The position numbers and the translations under genes are program-made. This document shows positions 1 to 9,000 of a stretch of DNA of 64,000 nucleotides, piece after piece. Every line of letters starts with the position of its first letter. The first letter of the stretch is position 1. This stretch comes from Schizochytrium sp. TIO01 (lineage: Eukaryota; Protista; Bigyra: Labyrinthulomycetes), in assembly GCA_004764695.1 (NCBI GenBank), contig SMSO01000033.1:2356001-2420000 (forward strand). Direction: 5' to 3'. Under the pieces are notes generated by a model. That model saw only the letters and a list, made by a program, of their open reading frames with translations. It did no database searches and had not been told where the DNA came from.

Positions 1-3000
1 GATTCGTTTACGACAACTTTTCAGAAATACACATTTTTATCAGTCACAGTCGCAGAACAATGTCTAGCGTTTGGACCTGGTCTGACAAGTGGTGGATACC
101 CTGGCGCCCCTACTATGTTTGTTATTCAAGCAAATGATGTCATCGGGCTCCTGCGGTCGACGGGTGGCGATGAGTTTGAAATTCGAATTCGGAACGATGA
201 TATAGCTGTTCTTGATGCTACTATTGAGGATAATGAGGACGGATCATACGCTGTTGACTTTACCATTCCAGCGGCAGGTGAATATACAATTGAAATCGAA
301 TATACTGGGCGCTTCGTGGACGAAACGGGTCAAAAATACAATACCGGGAAATCGGGCCATATTCGAGGAAGTCCATTCACAGTTTATTTCGATGAGAATG
401 CCGCAAAATCATCCAACAAAATGAATGGACCCTTGGTCCGCGAAGCAATTGAGCGTCGCTTTCAGTACACTAAAAAACTGGTCAGTGCTACGCGTGTTCA
501 GTTACTCAAGTCTATATCGCCAGGCTATGCAATTGAATTAGCAGCTGACATCAAGGCAGTGATTGCAGTGAAAGAAAAACTATTCCAAGTGGAAGCAGAA
601 CGTGCTGAGATTGAGCTAAGCCTTGATGTCACTGAGCGTGTTGCCCTTCATCTTGCCGAAAACTATGGTGTGAAGTCGGAAAAGCGAGTTCAAGATGTTG
701 CCAAAGTACGCGAGGAATGGAAATCCATATTAGACGGGCAACCCAACCTTATCGCTCAGTCGAATGCCGCTTTGCGCCCGCACGTGATTGCGCACGGAGA
801 GAAAACTAAAGACCAGCTGTTAGAATATGAAGCAAGTGTCATTAGCTACGAGGAAACTGTGAAGAGACGACCTTGTTTTAAATGGAACACAGGTCCAGAG
901 GGAGCGCTCAGTTCGCTTGTTGAAACTGTGGAGATATATGAAGCCCGCTTAGAAAAACATGAGGACATGAAAAAATTAGCAAAACTCTTTGAATTCCCAG
1001 AGCTAGTACACGGAGCAACGACCGTAATGGAGAGAATTTCCAAGCTTCTGGAGCATGCTCAGGAAATGTGGGAGGTTGCTTCTGATGCACTGATTTTCGT
1101 AGATGAATCAAAAGGTACACTTTGGCGTAAAGTGAAGCCAGATGTGTTAGAAGATGAGGCAAGAAAACGTCTTAAAATAGTAAAGGCTCTTCCTCGTGAC
1201 TTGCGAGAAAGCAATGCATATCTTGGTCTTGAACAAGAGGTTAAAAACTTTGTGCTCACCTGTCCTTTGATTGCTCAGCTTGGTAATAAAGCTATGCGCA
1301 TTCGCCACTGGGAGGAGCTTCAATCAACGATTGGCCAATCTTTTGCTGGACCTCATGAAAATAAAAACCTTCGCTTAGGTGAAGTGCTTGACTTGGGTCT
1401 TCACAACTTTGCAGCGCAGGTAGAAAGTATTGCAAATCGTGCTGGTAAAGAAGCAAAGGTAGAGGCTGCTATGACCAAAATTGAGCGTGCTTGGTCTACC
1501 CTTCAATTTCTGGAGGAGGAGCGAGTGGATCTTGATGATGCACCCCCGCGCATTTTCTTGTCAGAAGAAGACTTGCAATTACTTGAAGCAGACCAATTAA
1601 CTGTTGATGCTATGGCAAATTCACCCTACATGAAGCCTTTTGAGGATGCCTATACTACTGCCGAAGGGCTGAAAGGTAAAGGTGTAAAATATTGGAAGAC
1701 TGCATTAGGGAACATTGTGAAGATTGTGGGCTTTTTAGAACACATTCAGCAAACATGGGCTTATCTTGGTTCACTCTTTTTGCTTTCAGAGGAAGTAAAA
1801 ATTGCACTTCCCAATGATGCCAAACGTTTTGTGGCCCTAGATACTGACGTACGCAAGTTTTTAGAGGATGCTGTGAAGATCAAAATTGTTCTGAAATTTT
1901 GCACAACGCCAAAGCTTGCAGAAAACATGGAAGAAATACATGAGCAGCTTGAAATTTGCAAAAAGAGTTTGGGGGACTTCCTTGCCACAAAGCGCTCTGC
2001 TTTTCCACGTCTTTATTTTGCCTCTGAAAATCAGGTCTTAGATATCCTTACCAAAGGCTCTGATCCTAAGCACATCCTTAGTCATATTTCCAAGATTTTT
2101 CCTCAGATGTCAACGCTTCAGACAGAGAATGATACCTATGCTTCTCATTGGTTTTCTTCAGATAGACTAGAGAGAGGTGCCTTTGATAAACCTGTGATTC
2201 TCAAAGGCAAGGTTGAAGAGTACCTCAGAGATGTGTGGATTTCTAGCCAGCAGTCAGTAAAGGTTAACCTTGAAAAAAGTATAGTGCGCTACAAAACCCA
2301 GCAACGCAAGGATTGGGTTATACACAAGGCCGAAAAGGATTATGCGTTTGATCTATTGCAAATATCTCTTATGGTGTGCAATGTAGTCTCAACACAAGAG
2401 ATGGAAGGCGTGTTTTCCGCATTCAAAAGTGGAAACCGAAGCGCTATGCAAGATTACGCTGCTAAGGTTCGACAACAACTTATGGACATATCTAAAGTTT
2501 CGCGTTCCAAAAATCTCTGCAAGAATGACCGACGTCGGATATCCGCGATAGTAAGCTATGACATTCACTCCCGAGACCTAGTTGAGGATTTTATTTCCAA
2601 TGATGTAACATCTGCTGCTTCTTTTGAGTGGAAGAAACATCTTAAGCAGTATCCTGACGGGAAAACAGAAATTTGTGACGCAATTCTTCAGTATGGTTTT
2701 GAATATGTTGGAAATTATCCTCGTTTGGTCCGTACACCCCGAACAGACCAGGTCTTAATCTCTGCAGCACGCACTTTGAAACTCCAGTTAGGTGGCATTT
2801 TTACGGGGTTAGAAGTTGTCGGGAAATCTGAAATGATGCGGGAGCTTGCTTCTACTATGGGTTCATTTTGTTATGTCTACAATTGCACTCCCGAACTTGA
2901 CTTCCGTTCTATCGGCAACTTATTGACAGGCGCTGCTGCAGCAGGTGCTTGGATTGCATTTGACCAAGTCGATCGACTGACACAGGAAGTTCTATCGTCA

Positions 3001-6000
3001 CTTGCTTGGCAGCTTAAGCACATGTGCGACGCAAGACAAAGTAAACAGAGCGTGTTTCGAAATCACTCAGGGGTGGAGATTGAGCTCATGTCTAATTTTG
3101 TTGTTCTAGCATCATTGCGTGGATCTGGTTCGTCCTTAGTTCAAACACGGTGCCCACAGGCCTTTAAAACATATATGCGTCCTACAAGCTTAGCTATTCC
3201 TCATACAAAAGTGATTTGCGAGGCGCTCCTTGCAGGTGAAGGTTTTCTAGAGTATTCGGAGCTTGCAAATAAGCTTTTCGAATTGTTTGAGGCTGGTAAA
3301 ACTTACTTACCGCATAGAGAATACTATGATTGGACCCTTCGATCTTTAAAGAGTGTAATCTCTGCAGCAGGGACTGCACGTCAGGCTGAAACTGACGATA
3401 CCGTAATTGAAAGTAAAACTGTTTTACAGGTACTTCACACTCATATTATGGCGCGACTTGCAACTGCTGATACGCCTGTGATGAGGAGTATTTTGGAAGA
3501 TTTGTTTCCTAAGATAGTTTCAATCGCAAAAGTTGACCCTGATCTGGATATGGCTGTCAAGGAAGCTTGCGCAGCTCGGGAACTTTGGCCAGAGCAACAC
3601 TTTTTGAGTAGGATTGTAGACCTTGATGAGCTTTTAAAGTTACGGCAAGCCGTGATTTTGCTAGGTGACCCAGGCATTGGAAAATCAGAATGCTGGAAAA
3701 CTTTACAGCGCGCACATCAGATGTTGAAAAGGAAAACCATCGTAAAAACGGTTTATACTAAGGCTCAGAGTATCGAGCAGCTATATGGCTTTCTCACGCC
3801 ATCCAAAAATGAGTGGAGAGATGGTATATTGTCTCGCATTTTGCGAGATATTGCTAACAATAGTGATCATACTACACCTAAATGGCTTGTATTAGACGGA
3901 GAACATGATTCAGAATGGACAGACTCTATGTCAACTCTTTTTGGCGAGGACAGATTCCTAACAGTCTCATCAGCAGAAAGAATAGCAATGAAGGAAGATA
4001 CGCACATGATTTTCGAGATGAGTACCCTTGCGCATGCATCACCAGCTGCAGCATCTCGAACTGGCATCCTATACTTTTCCAATGACCAAGGAGCACAGTG
4101 GCGATCTTTAGTTGCAGCATGGATTCAACGCAAAGAGTGGGAGGACCATGTGAAGGAGGCAATCACTATCTTGTTTGAAACCTACCTTCCTGTGACACTC
4201 GCAGAGGTCCAACGTTCCTATCGATCGCATGTGAAAATGTATAACACTCATCTTGTTAGTGGCGTTTTGCATCTACTCGACGCCATAATCAGCGCAGAGG
4301 AAGAAAGGCTTACAGATACCCCAGATGACGTAAAGGAAGCTACCCGGGCAATCGAACCTAGCTTTGTTTATTGCGTTGTGTGGGGCATTGGTATGCCTTT
4401 GATTAACTTAGGTGGGACTGATTACCGCCGAGAGTTTTCAGCATGGTGGAAGACAACATTCAAAAATGTGAAGTTTCCGTCTAGGGATACTGTTTTCGAC
4501 TACTTCCTCAATGTTCCAACAGGAAAATTTGATCTTTGGAAGAATTCTCCAAACTTTGCGACTGTGTCAGTTGATGTCTCAACAATACCAATCCATGACA
4601 TCATCATACCTACTCCTGAGACAACGAGGGCAAGCTACTGGTTGGAAAGATTGGTAGCGATGGAACATCCTACCTTGCTCATGGGAAGCCCCGGAGTCGG
4701 GAAGACAAGCCTCATACGTGGCTCTCTGCGCGAGCTCGATCTTTCAGAGCAAATCCCTCTGTCCATGAATCTTGATTACTTTTCCACTGCAGCAACCTTT
4801 CAAGCTCGTTTGGAACTAGCTCTAGAGAAAAAGTCAGCAAACTCATGGGGTCCACCAGGTGATGAGACACAGCTTGTAGTTTTTCTAGACGATCTCAATC
4901 TCCCTCAAGCGGACAAATTCGGTAGCCAAGAAGTCTTGGCCTATCTCCGTCAACAAATTGAAACAGGACAAGTGTACGACCGTTCTACTCTTGCAACCAA
5001 GCAGATTCAAGGGTGTCAGTACTTGGCTTGTATGAGTCACACCTCTGCAAGCAATCCTGTTGACGCTCGTCTTTTGAGGCATTTTGTGCTCTTTTCAATT
5101 GAACTGCCGGACGTAGAATCGCTGCAGAGTATATACCAGACCATACTCGGTAGCCACTTGGAGAATTTTGACGATGGAGTAAAGGCCCTTGGGTCAGGCC
5201 TTGTTGAAGGTGCAATTGGTCTGCATCTCGATGTTAGCAATAAAATGCGTGCATCGATCTCTGCTCCGCATTACAATGTGAGCCTGAGGCATTTGACTAG
5301 CGTCTTCCAAGGCCTCCTCATGGCGCAGCCTAACGAGTTTACTGAACCTGCAAAGATGATTCAATTATGGGTTCATGAATCCGATCGTGTGTATGGAGAC
5401 CGCTTAGTGAGCGAGGTAGATATGCTTAAATATCGAGACCTTCTACAAAGTCAGGTTAAAAGGCGATTTCCAACTGCAAATTTAGCAAAATATTTTGGTG
5501 TGGATAATTCAGAGCCACTCATCTTCTGCCACTTTGCATCTGAAGAAAGCAGTCAAGACGAAGATCCGCCATATGCAATTGTTGAAGCATATGATGACCT
5601 TATCCCAGGTCTTGAATCTGCTTTAGCAGAATACAATGAGACAAAATCAAAACTGGACATCTTCTTTTTTGATGAAGTTATCGATCATTTATGCCGTGTT
5701 TCTCGCATTTTACAATGCCAGAGGAACCATGGCCTGTTGGTCGGTATTGGTGGATGTGGCAAAAAGTCACTTGTGCGTCTTGCCTCCTACGTTGCCGCGT
5801 GCCAGCTATATCAGCTTCCAATAACTTCAGGGTTCAGTTTTCAGGACTTCAAAGAGGAATTGAAGGGATTGTTTATGCAGTCTGGCATTAATCGAACTCG
5901 AACGGTACTTTTACTACCAGAGGGAGACATTATCGATGAGCGATTCCTTGTTTACCTTGCTGACTTAATATCTACGGGAAGTAAAATCGAGGAGCTATTT

Positions 6001-9000
6001 GTCCCAGAAGAGCGAGAGGCAATCGCTCAGAGTGTTCAAAGCAAAGCAAAGCTTGTTGGTCGTGGATCAGATTTGAGCAGCTGTTTTCACTTTTTTGAAG
6101 ACGCGGTTCGAGACCATTTACATTGTTTATTTTGCATGGACCCTCGGGCCGGGTCTTTTGCTTCTTGGATTCGCAAATTTCCAACATTAATGTCCTGTTC
6201 TGTTATAGATTGGTTCCGCCCGTACCCAGATCGTTCTCTTCGACATGTTGCTAGAATCATTCTCGAAGATATGGATTTTGACTCCAAAGAGGTTTACCTT
6301 GGAGTACAGACATTTATGACCTCTTCGTACCGCTCTGCTTGCAAGCTTGCAGAACAATACACTGATACAGAGAAGCACCTCATCCATTTACCTATTAAAT
6401 GCTACGTAGAAAATCTTAGGTCTTTCAAGGCGCGACTTGTTATCGCGCAGGCAGCCAATCGTCAGAAGAAAGTACGATTAGAGAGTGTTGCAGAGAAGAT
6501 GAAGGAAGCTGACCATCTCGTTGCAACTCTTGAGGAAATTATTCGCGCCCAAAGTGCAGACGCCGATGAGAAAACAATGCTAGCCTCAGCTCAAGCAGAA
6601 GAGGTCGCCCGCGATGCAGCCGTGGTTGAAAAAGAAAGCGAAATCGTTTCTCGAGAGCAGGCCAAAGTAGACGAAATTTCTGCTGAGGCGGACGCTATAA
6701 GGGCTGATTCACGGGCCGAGTTTGACAAAGCGGAGCCACTTATTAAAGAAGCACTGGATGCTTATGATCTTTTAACTAAAAAAGATCTCGGGGAGTGCAA
6801 GGCAATGAGCGCTGCACCGAAAGGTATCGATGATGTTTTCTGCGCTGTGCTGATTCTTCTCGCTGGTGTGGACCCACGCATTAAGCTTAATAAGAACGGA
6901 AAGCCGAAGAGTCTTACATGGGACAATTGTAAAAAGGAATTACTTGGAAACATCAATGAATTTCTAAACCAACTAAAGCTCTTTAAAGATGCTGTTGAGG
7001 ACTTTCGTGTTCCAAAGATCAACTGGGCCAACGTGCGCCCAATTCTCAATCTACAACAGTTTAACGCAGAAGCCATCGAGCAGAAAAATAAGGCGGCCGG
7101 TAGCCTAGCAACTTGGGTGGAAAAGATGGTTGCTTACTATGATGCAATTCTATGTGTTGAGCCAAAGCGCCAGCTTCTAGAAGAGGTTGATGGAAAACTT
7201 GCAAAAGCTACACAAATTCTTGACAAAGCCAAAGCAAAGGTTGGAGAACTTGAAATTAGATTAACAAAACTTCGAGAGGAGCTAGAGAAACTCGCTCAGT
7301 CGAGAGATGAGGCTATTGCATCGCTCAAACTCAGTCAGCTTAAGCTTGAGCTGGCTCGACGCCTTACAACAGCCTTATCATCAGAAACAGAGAGATGGGC
7401 AGCTACAATTGAAACTCTTGACCTTGAATATGGAACTATGGTTGGCGACATGCTTGTCGGTACCGCATTTTTATCATACGCTGGCCCTTTTCCGGAGCGG
7501 TACCGAAAACTACTTATTGATAGCGAATGGCTTCCTTCGTTAGTTGAGGCTGCAGCAGGTGAAGAAATCCCAGTTAGGGAAGGTTTTAAAGCTGCTGATG
7601 TCGTTACATCAGCTGCAGATTTGGCCGCCTGGCGATACGATGGCTTGTCGCAAGACCCCGTGTCTACAGAGAATGCAGCGCTCATTTTGAATGGACGCGG
7701 CTGGCCCATCATCATTGATCCCCAAATGCAAGCTCTGCCTTGGTTAAAAACCTGGGCCAAGCGCCTCGGAAAATGCCATTGTATCCACCAAAACAATTTA
7801 GAGCTTTTAAAGGAGTTAAGCAAGGCGATGTCAAGTGGAGAGACACTCATTATTGAGAACGTAAGCCTGCCGATTTCTCGCGACTTATTACCTTTAATTT
7901 TCCGCGAGATAATCATGCGCGGCCCACAGCAGATGATTCGGATAGGAGAGAACGAAGTCGAGCTTCATTCCAATTTTCGTCTCATGCTTCATTTCGGAGT
8001 TGCACACCCAATTCTCCCAGCAGATATTTTGTCGATGTGCCCTCTTGTAAACTTTACTGTGTCCCGACAAGGGCTGCAAGACCACTTACTTGCCTTGACT
8101 ACTCGGAAAGAGCATCGAGAGTTGTCAGAACAGAGTGTAAAACTGAGTCAGCTGGAGAAAAAGCTTGCTGTACAACGCAATGAACTTGAAGACGCAATTT
8201 TGGTGTCTCTTGCTGATGCTGAAGGTGACGTTTGTGCAGATGTGGATCTCATTAATAATCTTGAACGGTCAAAGAAGCGACTTGCTTCTATTGCACATAT
8301 GGCGAATACTACTGAAGAGTGCTGGCAGCATATCCAAAACTTCTTTGAAAAGTACCGTTCTGTCGCACAACGAGGGTCTCTGTTATTCTCAACGATGAAT
8401 GCAATGTATAAGCTTCATCCCAGCTACCAATATTCTCTAAACTCTTTTGTGAGCATGTTCATCCGTGGCATTGATTTGGTAACCAAACCACCTGCTGAGC
8501 AAGAGCAAACCACCATGGTTGATCGTCTTCGTGCGTCAGTGCGCAACAGTGTTGTAACAACTCGCTTTCGTTGGGATGAGGACACCCTTGTTGCTAGTAC
8601 ACGACAGCTTGCCGAGGGCCTGCAAAGTGATGATGTAGTGGGGAACCTTGATACAATTCAACAGGTATTAAATGGCATCAATATGTCGGATGGTGAGGTG
8701 GAAGAACGTTGTGTTGTGCTCAAACGATCCATCACCAACATGGTATTCTGTTACCTTCAATATGGTCTCTTTGCAAAGGATTCTTTAACGATCGCGACAC
8801 AGATTTGCTTTCAAATTCTACTTGAGGATGGTGAGTTGGATAGTAAAGACCTACTTTCCCTCATTACATGCAAGTCAATGCCAAACGTTGGATCAATGGG
8901 TCCATTATCAAGTTGGATGCCAGCCGAAGTATGGGCGCGCATCAAAGCGCTTGAGAGTAGCGTTGGCTTACAGACTATCGGTGATGATGTGATGTCTGAC

